64,000 nucleotides of DNA from Actinomycetales bacterium (GCA_038258055.1 JBBSQH010000015.1:3666-67665); one strand, 5' to 3'; shown: positions 37,204 to 47,740, counted from the first letter of the stretch. Made by a program: numbers and translations. Notes: generated by a model not told the origin, from the sequence alone.

Positions 37204-38145
37204 GTGGCGACCACCCGGAGCAGCGCCGGCGACCCGGCCCGCACGCTGGCCCTGCTGTGGCGGCACGAGCTGGGCGTCGCGGCCACGGGGCCTGCTTCAC
37301 CGAGGCGGCGCGGCCCCCGGCAGGCCCTGGACGTCGACACCGTCGTGGCCGCGGCGCTGGACCTGGTGGGCACGTCCGGCCTGGACGCGCTGACCATGCG
37401 GGCGGTCGCCGAGCGGCTCGGGGTGTCGACGATGTCGCTGTACACCTACGTCCCGGGCCGGGCCGAGCTGGTGGACTGCCTGGTCGACGACCGGTACGCC
37501 CAGGCGTTCGGTCCGGCTGCGGACGACGTACCGACCAGCGACACAGGACGGCGCCAGGGGCAGGCTCCGCCGTCGAGACCCCCTGTCGTGTCGCTGGACG
37601 GTACGGCCAACCCGCCGGACCCCCCGGACCCGGACCCGGCCCCGGACGCGGACCCGGACCCGGACCCGCCGGAGACGACCGGGTGGCGGGCCGCGGCCGC
37701 GGCGCACGCCCGACGCGAGTGGGCCCTGCACCTGGCCCACCCGTGGCTGGCTCGGGTCGCCACCACCCGGCCCGTCCTGGGCCCGGGCGCGACCGCCGCC
37801 TACGAGCGAGGCCTGGCCGCCCTGGATGGCCTGGGGCTGCCGGACGTCGACCGGGACGCGGCCCTGACCCTGCTGCTCGGCTTCGTCCGCAGCTGCGCCC
37901 GGCTGCACACGGACGCCCTGGACGCGGCCACCGCCAGCGGCGAGACCGACACCGCCTGGTGGGAGCGGGTGTCACCGGCCCTGCTGGAGGTGATGGGGCC
38001 GGAGCGGTTCCCGCTGGCCTCCCGGGTGGGCACCGCGGCCGGCCAGGCGCACGGCGGGGCCTACAGCGCCGAGCACGCCTTCGAGTGGGGCCTGCCGCGC
38101 GTGCTCGACGGGCTGACCGGGCGAGCGAGCCGCCCGCGGCCGTGA
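37204..38145 (+). CDS. TetR/AcrR-family regulator with internal Pro/Asp low-complexity insert
   Basis: HTH is LDALTMRAVAERLGVSTMSLYTYVPGRAEL, with a TetR-C-like helical domain at the C-terminus. The start is uncertain (TTG 37168 to GTG 37204). Confidence 0.75.
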   Translation: MATTRSSAGDPARTLALLWRHELGVAATGPASPRRRGPRQALDVDTVVAAALDLVGTSGLDALTMRAVAERLGVSTMSLYTYVPGRAELVDCLVDDRYAQAFGPAADDVPTSDTGRRQGQAPPSRPPVVSLDGTANPPDPPDPDPAPDADPDPDPPETTGWRAAAAAHARREWALHLAHPWLARVATTRPVLGPGATAAYERGLAALDGLGLPDVDRDAALTLLLGFVRSCARLHTDALDAATASGETDTAWWERVSPALLEVMGPERFPLASRVGTAAGQAHGGAYSAEHAFEWGLPRVLDGLTGRASRPRP

Positions 38146-38172
38146 GCTCTGTACAACTCCTGAGGCACTTCA

Positions 38173-38178
38173 TACAAT
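38173..38178 (+). promoter_or_regulatory. -10-like hexamer TACAAT positioned for a leaderless vapB transcript
   Basis: TACAAT ends 6 nt before ATG 38185, in a locally AT-richer 39-bp gap with no Shine-Dalgarno sequence. Confidence 0.4.
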
Positions 38179-38184
38179 GCGACC

Positions 38185-38451
38185 ATGTCGCTCTCCAGCA
38201 CGATGAAGGTGTCGCAGAACGGGCAGGTGTCCCTCCCCGCCGACGTGAGACGCCGCTGGGGGACGGACCGGGTCCTGGTCCTCGACCTAGGGACGCACGT
38301 CGTCATGCGGCCCGTCTCGGCCGACCACGCCGAGAACGTCCGGGCGGTCCTCGGCGCCTTCGCCTCGCCCCATGGACCGTCCTCCGACGAGATGCGCCGG
38401 ATCGGCCGGGAGGAGGACGCCGAGATCGAGACCCGGAAGGAACGGTCGTGA
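38185..38451 (+). CDS. vapB: AbrB/SpoVT-MazE-type antitoxin
   Basis: 88 aa. MKVSQNGQVSLPADVRRRWG is a swapped-hairpin AbrB-type DNA-binding motif. GTGA overlap with the PIN gene. Confidence 0.75.
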   Translation: MSLSSTMKVSQNGQVSLPADVRRRWGTDRVLVLDLGTHVVMRPVSADHAENVRAVLGAFASPHGPSSDEMRRIGREEDAEIETRKERS

Positions 38452-38909
38452 TCCTCGATGCGTACGCCCTGGTCGCCGCACTACGGGGTGAGGTGGCCAC
38501 GGACGTGGTCCAGGGCCTGCTCCTGGACGACGACCTGCACTGCCGCACCGTCAGCACCGCCGCCGGCGAGACCGTCGACCGGGTGAGCCGGCTCGGCGGT
38601 CACCGGGCCGACGACGTCGCGCTGCGCCTGCTGCAGCTCGGCCTGGAGATCACCCCCGTCGACGACGAGCTGGGCGTCCGGGCCGGCGTGCTCCGCGCCG
38701 AGGCGTACCACCGCACCCGGTCCCCGCTGAGCCTGGCCGACTGCGTCGTCGCCGCCGAGGCGCTGCGCTGCCGGGACGTGCTGGTCACGTCCGACCCCGC
38801 GCTGCTCGACCTGGTCGCGTCCCGCGGCGGGTCGTTCCTCGCCCTGCCGGGCTCGGACGGCCGCGTCCACTCCCCCGACGTCCTTTACCCCGGCGAGCCC
38901 CTGGCCTAG
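38448..38909 (+). CDS. vapC: PIN-domain ribonuclease toxin
   Basis: 153 aa. Acidic PIN residues are in VILDAYAL, SLADCVVAAEA and VLVTSD. Only the last part of the 636-aa ORF is real. Confidence 0.8.
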   Translation: MILDAYALVAALRGEVATDVVQGLLLDDDLHCRTVSTAAGETVDRVSRLGGHRADDVALRLLQLGLEITPVDDELGVRAGVLRAEAYHRTRSPLSLADCVVAAEALRCRDVLVTSDPALLDLVASRGGSFLALPGSDGRVHSPDVLYPGEPLA

Positions 38910-38944
38910 CGTCGACCCTCCCCGGATGCGAGGAGCCGCACGCC

Positions 38945-40372
38945 ATGTCTGCAGCCACCAGGACCCTGATCAGCAACGGCACCGTCGTCAGCGCGACCGG
39001 CGCCATCCCCCACGACGTGCTGATCGAGGGCGAACGGGTGGTGGCGCTGCTGGCCCCGGGGACGGCCGAGGACACGGGCATCACCGCCGACACCGTGATC
39101 GACGCCTCCGGCTGCTACGTCGTGCCGGGCGGGATCGACGCCCACACCCACATGGAGATGCCGTTCGGCGGCACCCAGGCAAGCGACACCTTCGAGACCG
39201 GCACCCGCGCCGCCGCGCACGGCGGGACCACGACGATCATCGACTTCGCGGTGCAGACGGCCGGCAACGACGTCCGGGCCAGCCTGGACACCTGGTACGG
39301 CAAGGCCGACGGCAACTGCGCGATCGACTACGCCTTCCACATGATCATCGGCGGGGTCGACGACTCCAGCCTGAAGCTGATGGGCGACCTGGTCGCCGAG
39401 GGCATCACCAGCTTCAAGCTGTTCATGGCCTACCCGGGGGTCTTCTACTCCGACGACGGGCAGATCCTGCGGGCCATGCAGCGCGCGGCCGAGCTCGGCG
39501 CGATGATCTCGATGCACGCCGAGAACGGCATCGCCATCGACGTGCTGGCCGAGCAGGCCGCCGCCCGCGGCGAGACCAGCCCGGTCAACCACGGCCTGAC
39601 CCGGCCGGCCCGGCTCGAGGGCGAGGCCACGTTCCGCGCCATCCAGCTGGCGCTGGTCGCGGGCGCGCCGGTGTACTTCGTCCACCTGTCCAGCTCCGAG
39701 GCGCTGGAGCAGGTCAGCCGGGCCCGGGCCGAGGGGCACAACGTGTTCGCCGAGACCTGTCCCCAGTACCTGTACCTGACGCTGGAGGACCACCTGGACG
39801 CCCAGGGCGAGGACGGGTTCGAGGGCGCCAAGTACGTCTGCTCCGCACCGCTGCGGAGCAAGCACGAGCACCACGGCCGGGACCTGTGGCGGGGGCTCCG
39901 GACCAACGACCTGTCGATCGTGGCCACCGACCACTGCCCGTTCTGCTTCAAGGACCAGAAGGAGCTCGGCCGCGAGGACTTCCGCGCCATCCCCAACGGC
40001 ATCGGCGGCGTCGAGCACCGGATGGACCTGATCTACCAAGGGGTGGTGACGGGTGAGATCAGCCTCGAACGGTGGGTGGAGACCTGCTCGACCACCCCGG
40101 CCCGGATGTTCGGGCTCTACCCCCGCAAGGGCGTCATCGCCCCGGGGGCGGACGCCGACGTCGTGGTCTACGACCCCAACGCCCTGACCACGATCAGCGC
40201 GTCCACCCACCACATGAACATGGACTACTCGGCCTACGAGGGGTTCCAGGTCAGCGGCGGCGTCAGGACCGTGATGTCCCGGGGCAGCGTCGTGGTGGAC
40301 CGGGGTACGTTCCACGGACGCGCCGGCCACGGCCGGTTCCTGCCCCGTGGGCTGAGCACCTACCTGCGCTGA
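38945..40372 (+). CDS. dihydropyrimidinase / D-hydantoinase
   Basis: Motifs are VVPGGIDAHTHMEMPFGG, the carboxylated-Lys context TSFKLFMAY, then ISMHAENG and VATDHCPF. 475 aa. Confidence 0.9.
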   Translation: MSAATRTLISNGTVVSATGAIPHDVLIEGERVVALLAPGTAEDTGITADTVIDASGCYVVPGGIDAHTHMEMPFGGTQASDTFETGTRAAAHGGTTTIIDFAVQTAGNDVRASLDTWYGKADGNCAIDYAFHMIIGGVDDSSLKLMGDLVAEGITSFKLFMAYPGVFYSDDGQILRAMQRAAELGAMISMHAENGIAIDVLAEQAAARGETSPVNHGLTRPARLEGEATFRAIQLALVAGAPVYFVHLSSSEALEQVSRARAEGHNVFAETCPQYLYLTLEDHLDAQGEDGFEGAKYVCSAPLRSKHEHHGRDLWRGLRTNDLSIVATDHCPFCFKDQKELGREDFRAIPNGIGGVEHRMDLIYQGVVTGEISLERWVETCSTTPARMFGLYPRKGVIAPGADADVVVYDPNALTTISASTHHMNMDYSAYEGFQVSGGVRTVMSRGSVVVDRGTFHGRAGHGRFLPRGLSTYLR

Positions 40373-40380
40373 GGAGCGAC

Positions 40381-41895
<1,515 letters not shown>

Positions 41896-41953
41896 GCCAG
41901 GAACGACTGAGCCCCGCCCCCGACCGAGCCCGCCCGACTGAGAGGCACCCCTG

Positions 41954-42964
41954 ATGGACCTCGGCCTCGTGCTGCAGAACGACCCGCCGGCCTGGCGGGT
42001 CGTCGACCTGATGCGCCGCGCGGAGACGCTGGGCTTCAGCCACGGCTGGACCTTCGACTCCCACGTGCTGTGGCAGGAGCCGTACGTCGTCTACAGCCAG
42101 ATCCTGGCCGCGACGCACCGGATGGTCGTCGGGCCGATGGTGACCAACCCGGGCACCCGGGACTGGACCGTCATCGCCAGCCAGCACGCCACCCTCAACG
42201 ACATGTTCGGCGAGCGGACGGTCTGCGGGATCGGCCGCGGCGACTCCGCCATGCGCGTCATCGGCAACAAGCCGTGCACGCTCGCGCAGGTCAGGGACTC
42301 CATGGTCGTCATCAAGGGCCTGGCCGAGGGCCGCACCGTCACCCACAACGACACCGAGCTGTCGTTCCCGTGGCGCGCGGGCGGGCACCTGCCCGTCCTG
42401 ATGGCCGGTTACGGGCCCAAGGCGCTGCAGCTGGTCGGCGAGCAGGCCGACGGGTTCATCCTGCAGCTGGCCGACCCGTCCATCGCCGAGTGGACCATCG
42501 GCGCGGTGCGTTCGGCCGCCGCGGCCGCCGGGCGCGACCCCGACTCGCTGTACGTCGTGGTGGCCGCCCCCGCCTACGTCGGTCCGGCCGAGACGGTCGC
42601 GCACCAGCGCGACCAGGTCCGCTGGTTCGGCGGCATGGTCGGCAACCACGTGGCCGACCTGGTCGCCCGCTACGGCGAGAGCGGCGCGGTCCCCCAGGCC
42701 CTCACCGACTACATCAAGGGCCGCGAGGGCTACGACTACGCGCAGCACGGCCGGGCCGGCAACGCCCACGCCGACTTCGTCCCCGACGAGATCGTCGACC
42801 GGTTCTGCCTGCTGGGCCCGGTCGAGGCCCACCTGGAACGGCTCCAGCAGCTGCAGGACCTGGGCGTGGACCAGTTCGCGCTGTACCTGATGCACGACGA
42901 GCCCGAGGCGACCCTGACCGCCTACGGCGAGAAGATCGCCCCGGTCCTGCGCCGCAGCTCGTGA
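41954..42964 (+). CDS. luciferase-like monooxygenase (LLM) class oxidoreductase, probably F420- or flavin-dependent
   Basis: 336 aa with an LLM TIM-barrel pattern: LGFSHGWTFDSHVLWQEPYV...GPMVTNPGTRDWTV...GIGRGDSA...DEIVDRFCLLGP. The cofactor cannot be assigned from sequence alone. Confidence 0.8.
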   Translation: MDLGLVLQNDPPAWRVVDLMRRAETLGFSHGWTFDSHVLWQEPYVVYSQILAATHRMVVGPMVTNPGTRDWTVIASQHATLNDMFGERTVCGIGRGDSAMRVIGNKPCTLAQVRDSMVVIKGLAEGRTVTHNDTELSFPWRAGGHLPVLMAGYGPKALQLVGEQADGFILQLADPSIAEWTIGAVRSAAAAAGRDPDSLYVVVAAPAYVGPAETVAHQRDQVRWFGGMVGNHVADLVARYGESGAVPQALTDYIKGREGYDYAQHGRAGNAHADFVPDEIVDRFCLLGPVEAHLERLQQLQDLGVDQFALYLMHDEPEATLTAYGEKIAPVLRRSS

Positions 42965-43040
42965 CCCGGCTCGTGAACTCGTAACGCACCTGCAACGCGG
43001 GGGTCTTGTGCCTGACCCCGGGCTGCACCAGGTTGGCGCG

Positions 43041-44033
43041 ATGAGCAGCGGGGCACGGCAGGCGCGACGCACCGGGGTCGCCGAAGCGGCCCGCACCGTG
43101 CGCTCCGTCGCGCTGCTCCTGCTCGCCGGGATCGTGGTGTGGGAGGGCTACAAGGCGGCCGGCCAGGCGCTGCTGTCGGTGTGGCCGTCGGTGTGGCCGT
43201 CGTTCCCGCTGCCCGTGCGGCCCGACGACCGGAGCATGCCCCACGTCTGGGACATCGTCGGAACGCTGTTCGCGCCGGCCCGCCGCGGCGGGGAGGACAT
43301 CCTGCTCGTCATCCTCCTCGACGCCGCGCTGTACACCTGGCGCATCGCCCTGGTCGGCTTCGTCGGCGGGACCCTGTTCGGCCTGGCCGTGGCCGTGCTG
43401 CTGGTGCGCTCGCGCCTGGCCGAGCGCAGCCTGATGCCGTACGTGATCGGGTCCCAGATGATCCCGGTGCTGGCCATCGCCCCGATCGTGGTCATCTGGG
43501 GCGGCCGGGCCGGGTTGCCCACCTGGGCGCCGGTGGCGTTCATCTCCGGCTACCTCGCGTTCTACCCGGTGACCATCGGCGCGGTCCGGGGTCTGCGCTC
43601 CCCCGCCGCCACCGCGACCGAGCTGATGCGTTCCTACGCCGCGCCCCCGCGCACGGTGCTGCTGCAGCTCCAGCTGCCCGCGGCGCTGCCCTACCTGTTC
43701 CCCGCGCTGCGGATCGCCGCCACCGCCTCGATCATCGGCGCCATCGTCGGCGAGCTGCCGGCCGGGCAGTCCGAAGGGCTCGGCCGGGCCATCCTCGGCT
43801 TCGCGTCGAGCTTCTCCGCGGCACCGCAACGGCTGTTCGCCTCGGTGCTCGTGTCGGCGCTGCTCGGGATCGTCTTCGTCGGCCTGGTCGCCCTCGTCGA
43901 GCGCCTCGTGGTCCCGGCCCCGCTGCGCCACCGCGACCCCACCGAGACCGTGGGCCCGGCCGTCTCGGGCCCGGCCGCGAGCGTCACGGGCCCCTCGGCC
44001 GCCGTCGACGCCGTGGCCGGAGGCCGCTCATGA
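43041..44033 (+). CDS. ABC transporter permease (NitT/TauT-like)
   Basis: 6 TM segments. The EAA-like loop is ELMRSYAAPPRTVLLQLQLPAALPYLF. Confidence 0.85.
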   Translation: MSSGARQARRTGVAEAARTVRSVALLLLAGIVVWEGYKAAGQALLSVWPSVWPSFPLPVRPDDRSMPHVWDIVGTLFAPARRGGEDILLVILLDAALYTWRIALVGFVGGTLFGLAVAVLLVRSRLAERSLMPYVIGSQMIPVLAIAPIVVIWGGRAGLPTWAPVAFISGYLAFYPVTIGAVRGLRSPAATATELMRSYAAPPRTVLLQLQLPAALPYLFPALRIAATASIIGAIVGELPAGQSEGLGRAILGFASSFSAAPQRLFASVLVSALLGIVFVGLVALVERLVVPAPLRHRDPTETVGPAVSGPAASVTGPSAAVDAVAGGRS

Positions 44034-44854
44034 CCGTCCCGGACGCGCCGGTCCCCGCGGGGACCCCGGCCCTGGCCCTCCGTGACGTCGGCAGGGTGTG
44101 CGCGGCGGGCGGCGCGAGCCCGGGCACCGCGCTGGAGGGCATCGACCTCACCGTCGCCCCGGGTGAGTTCGTGTCCCTGATCGGGCCGTCCGGCTGCGGC
44201 AAGTCGACCCTGCTGCGGCTGGTCGCCGACCTGCTGACCCCGAGCTCGGGCTCGCTGTCCGTCAACGGCGGCACCGCGCAGACCGCCCGGCTCGAGCGTC
44301 GCTACGGCATGGTGTTCCAGGCCGCGACCCTGCTGGAGTGGCGCCGCATCCGCGCCAACGTCGAGCTCCCGCTGGAGATCATGGGGGTGGGCACGGCCGA
44401 ACGGCGGGACAGGGCCCAGCAGATGCTCGACCTGGTCGGCCTGTCGGACTTCGCCGAGCACTACCCCTGGCAGCTGTCCGGCGGGATGCAGCAGCGCGTC
44501 GCCATCGCCCGGGCGCTGTCGTTCTCGCCGTCGATCCTGCTGATGGACGAGCCGTTCGGCGCCCTGGACGAGATGACCCGCGAACGGATGCAGGCCGAGG
44601 TGCTGCGGCTGTGGCGCGAGACCGGGACCACGGTCGTCTTCGTCACCCACTCCATCCCCGAGGCGGTGTTCCTGTCCACCCGGGTCGTCGTGATGTCGCC
44701 GCGCCCCGGGCGCATCGCCGACGTGGTCCCGGTGGACCTGCCCGCCACCCGCGACGACGACACCCGTGAGCAGCAGCGCTTCTTCGAGCTGACCACCCAG
44801 GTGCGGGACGCGCTGCGCACGGTCGACGCCGACGCCGGGAGCACCCGACCGTGA
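44030..44854 (+). CDS. ABC transporter ATP-binding protein
   Basis: ATGA overlap with the upstream permease. Walker A is GPSGCGKST, the signature is LSGGMQQRV, and Walker B is LLMDEPFGALD. Confidence 0.9.
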   Translation: MTVPDAPVPAGTPALALRDVGRVCAAGGASPGTALEGIDLTVAPGEFVSLIGPSGCGKSTLLRLVADLLTPSSGSLSVNGGTAQTARLERRYGMVFQAATLLEWRRIRANVELPLEIMGVGTAERRDRAQQMLDLVGLSDFAEHYPWQLSGGMQQRVAIARALSFSPSILLMDEPFGALDEMTRERMQAEVLRLWRETGTTVVFVTHSIPEAVFLSTRVVVMSPRPGRIADVVPVDLPATRDDDTREQQRFFELTTQVRDALRTVDADAGSTRP

Positions 44855-45633
44855 GCACGACCGGTCGACGCCTGGCCGCCGCAGCGCCCGCGGTCGTGCT
44901 GTTCGTCGCGGTGCTCGTGGCCCTGGAGGTCCTGCTGCGCCTCGGCCGCGTCGAGTCGTTCGTCCTGCCGACCCCGTCGCGCGTGGTCGCCGCCCTGGTC
45001 AGCGAGTGGCCCGACCTGGTCAGCGCGAGCCTCTCGACCTTCGCCGGCGCACTGTCCGGACTGGTGCTGGGATCGGTCCTCGCCGTGCTGGCCGCCTTCG
45101 CGTCCGCCCGGTGGGTGGGCGTCCGGCGGGGCGCCCTGCCCCTGGCCGTGGCCCTGAACTCGATGCCGATCATCGTGCTGGCCCCGGTGGCCAACGCCTG
45201 GTTCGGGCTGCTCAGCCCGTTCGGGACGGTCTTCGTGGTCAGCGTCCTCGTGTTCTTCCCCGTGATGATCAACGTGCTGCGGGGGCTGCTGTCCACCACC
45301 GCGTCGCAGCGGGAGCTGATGGCCTCCTACGCCAGCTCGCAGCGCTCCGACCTGCTGCGCCTGCAGCTGCCGACCGCGTTGCCGTTCCTGTTCTCCGCGC
45401 TCAAGGTCGCGGCCCCGCTGAGCATGATCGGGGCCATCGTCAAGGAGTACTTCGGCGGGCCGCAGGACCGGCTCGGGCAGTACATCACCAGCAAGGCCGC
45501 CCTGTTCCAGTTCCCCGACGCGTGGGCGGCCATCGTCCTCGCCTCCTGCCTCGGCATCGCGCTGTACCTGGCCGTGGTCCTCGCCGAGCGCCGCTTCATG
45601 CCCTGGCACGTCTCGGTCCGGGCCGCGGCATGA
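44851..45633 (+). CDS. ABC transporter permease (second, NitT/TauT-like)
   Basis: GTGA overlap with the ATPase gene. The loop is ELMASYASSQRSDLLRLQLPTALPFLF. Confidence 0.85.
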   Translation: MSTTGRRLAAAAPAVVLFVAVLVALEVLLRLGRVESFVLPTPSRVVAALVSEWPDLVSASLSTFAGALSGLVLGSVLAVLAAFASARWVGVRRGALPLAVALNSMPIIVLAPVANAWFGLLSPFGTVFVVSVLVFFPVMINVLRGLLSTTASQRELMASYASSQRSDLLRLQLPTALPFLFSALKVAAPLSMIGAIVKEYFGGPQDRLGQYITSKAALFQFPDAWAAIVLASCLGIALYLAVVLAERRFMPWHVSVRAAA

Positions 45634-45670
45634 GCCGTCGTCCTGCCCCACCCACCCATGGAGGTCCCTC

Positions 45671-46816
45671 GTGAACCCACGCTCCCGCACCCCCGGCCGG
45701 GTCCTCGCCCTGGCCGCCGTCACCGCCCTGGCCCTCGCCGCCTGCGGTGGCGACGCCGAGAGCGGCGACGACACCTCGGCCGAGGCCGGTGGCTCCGCCA
45801 GCACGAGTGGTGAGCTGACGCCGGTGACGCTGCAGCTGCAGTGGTTCGCCCAGGCGCAGTTCGCCGGCTACTACGCCGCGCTCGAGGAGGGCTTCTACGC
45901 CGACGAGGGCCTGGACCTCGAGATCATCGAGGGCGCGGTCGACATCGTCCCGCAGCAGGTGGTCGCGACCGGCGGCGCGGACTTCGGCATCGCGTGGGTG
46001 CCCAAGGCGCTGGTGTCCAACACCGAGGACGCCGGCCTGGTCAACGTCGGCCAGGTGTACCAGCGGTCCGGCACCCTGATGGTGTCGTGGGCCGACGAGG
46101 ACATCACCGAGCCCGCGGACTGGGAGGGCCGCACCGTCGGCAACTGGGGGTTCGGCAACGAGTACGAGCTGACCGCGGCCATCGAGCAGGCGGGCGTGGG
46201 CGACGTCGAGCTGGTGGCGCAGAACTTCGACATGGAGGGGCTGCTGTCCCGCGACCTCGACGCAGCCGAGGCCATGATCTACAACGAGTACGCCCAGCTG
46301 CTCGAGGCCGTGGACCCCGAGACCGGCGAGCTGTACCAGCCCGAGGACTTCTCGGTCATCGACTTCAACGACGTGGGCACGGCCATGCTGCAGGACTCGC
46401 TCTGGGTGACCGAGGACTACGCCGCGAGCGAGGGCGAGACCATCGAGGCGTTCCTGCGGGGCACGGCCCGGGGCTGGATCTTCTGCCGCGACGAGCCCGA
46501 CGCCTGCCTGGAGCACGTCCTGGCGGCCGGGCCCACCCTGGGCCAGAGCCATCAGGCCTGGCAGCTCAACGAGGTCAACGCGCTGATCTGGCCCTCTCCG
46601 GCCGGCATCGGCGTGATGGACCCCGACGCCTGGGCGCAGACCGTGGACGTGGCCACCACGCAGATCCCCGAGCTCGAGGGCGCCGAGATCTCCGACGACG
46701 TCTACGACTCCAGCTTTGCCGAAGCCGCGGTCGCCGCCCTGGAGGAGGAGGGCCTCGACGTCTACGGCGAAGACTTCACCAAGGCCGACGTCGAGCTGGT
46801 CGAAGGCGGCGACTGA
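45671..46816 (+). CDS. ABC substrate-binding lipoprotein, NMT1/THI5-like
   Basis: GGAGG then GTG 45671. The lipobox is ALALAACGG. LQLQWFAQAQFAGYYAALEEGFY is typical of NMT1/THI5-type binding proteins. Confidence 0.85.
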   Translation: MNPRSRTPGRVLALAAVTALALAACGGDAESGDDTSAEAGGSASTSGELTPVTLQLQWFAQAQFAGYYAALEEGFYADEGLDLEIIEGAVDIVPQQVVATGGADFGIAWVPKALVSNTEDAGLVNVGQVYQRSGTLMVSWADEDITEPADWEGRTVGNWGFGNEYELTAAIEQAGVGDVELVAQNFDMEGLLSRDLDAAEAMIYNEYAQLLEAVDPETGELYQPEDFSVIDFNDVGTAMLQDSLWVTEDYAASEGETIEAFLRGTARGWIFCRDEPDACLEHVLAAGPTLGQSHQAWQLNEVNALIWPSPAGIGVMDPDAWAQTVDVATTQIPELEGAEISDDVYDSSFAEAAVAALEEEGLDVYGEDFTKADVELVEGGD

Positions 46817-46855
46817 CCCCCCGCGTCGGGCCCCCCGCGCAGCCCCCTCGCGGCT

Positions 46856-46910
46856 GAGATCGGTCGGACGACGCCGACACGCCGACCGGACCCGTCGACC
46901 GGCCGATCTC
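46856..46910 (+). terminator. imperfect long hairpin after the ABC operon
   Basis: GAGATCGGtCGG ... CCGgCCGATCTC has 11 of 12 positions paired and a 31-nt GC-rich loop with internal pairing. Confidence 0.4.
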
Positions 46911-46930
46911 ACTCGGGGTAGGACGGGGGC

Positions 46931-47740
46931 ATGACGGACGGGGGCGGCAGAGGCGACGAGGCATCCACGCGGCGTCGGATCGCGCAGGGTGGCTGGCGGT
47001 CGGGGACGGTCGGCCCCCTGGTCCTGGGCGTGCTCGCCCTGGCGGCCGTCCTGCTGGGCTGGCAGCTGGGGTCCGCGCGCCTGCTGCTCGTCGCCGCGTT
47101 CTGCGTCGTCGTCGTCCCCGTCGTGCTCGTCGAGGAGAGACGGAGGCCGACGTGGCTGGAGGCCGACGCCGACGGGCTGACCACGGGCCGAGGTGACCGG
47201 CCCATGGTGCAGGTCGCGTGGCGTGAGGTCCGGCGGGGCCGACCCACGACCTGGGGCCGGCCGCGCGAGAAGCACCTGGAACGAACCGACGGCACCGTGG
47301 TCGCCCTGCCCACGTCGACGCCCGCGGGCACCGTGGACCGGTGGCGGGCGGAGCTGGCCGGGGCGGAGCCCTTGCTGTCGACCCCCGGGGACGCAGCTGG
47401 CGGCGCGCCGTTGCGGACGTGGGAGCAGACCGAGGACGAGCAGCCCAGACGCCAGGCCGGTGCCCTGTTCAGCCCGCTGGGGCCCTGGACGCCGGAGCCC
47501 GACGGCGACGGGTACGTGACCGCGGACGCCGACGAGGTGACCGTCATCCTCGACGGGACCCGCACCGTGGTGGCCTGGACGGACCTGGTCGCCCAGGAGG
47601 GGCGGCGCGACCGCTGGGACGACGAGCAGGTGCTCCTGCACGCCGACGGCACTCACGTCCGGCTGCCACAGGCGTTCCCCCGCGGGCGGGTCGAGGAGTG
47701 GCGCGAGGAGCTGGGACGACCGGCGGCCCCCCACCGGTGA
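46931..47740 (+). CDS. hypothetical membrane protein with two tandem PH-like repeats
   Basis: Two N-terminal TM segments are followed by two ~70-aa repeats. Both repeats share ADAD..T....V.W......W.....DGT.V.LP.....V..WR.EL. Confidence 0.6.
   Translation: MTDGGGRGDEASTRRRIAQGGWRSGTVGPLVLGVLALAAVLLGWQLGSARLLLVAAFCVVVVPVVLVEERRRPTWLEADADGLTTGRGDRPMVQVAWREVRRGRPTTWGRPREKHLERTDGTVVALPTSTPAGTVDRWRAELAGAEPLLSTPGDAAGGAPLRTWEQTEDEQPRRQAGALFSPLGPWTPEPDGDGYVTADADEVTVILDGTRTVVAWTDLVAQEGRRDRWDDEQVLLHADGTHVRLPQAFPRGRVEEWREELGRPAAPHR

Noticed and set aside
36999-38447. N-terminal 483 codons of the 636-aa ORF ending at 38909.
   Set aside because: This part runs through the VOC gene (antisense), the TetR gene and vapB in wrong frames. 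Only the final 153 codons, from the GTG overlapping the vapB stop, form the PIN protein.
40072-40380. N-terminal extension of the mmsA ORF.
   Set aside because: It overlaps the dihydropyrimidinase 3' end out of frame. A GAGGAG-ATG start at 40381 gives a normal-length MmsA.
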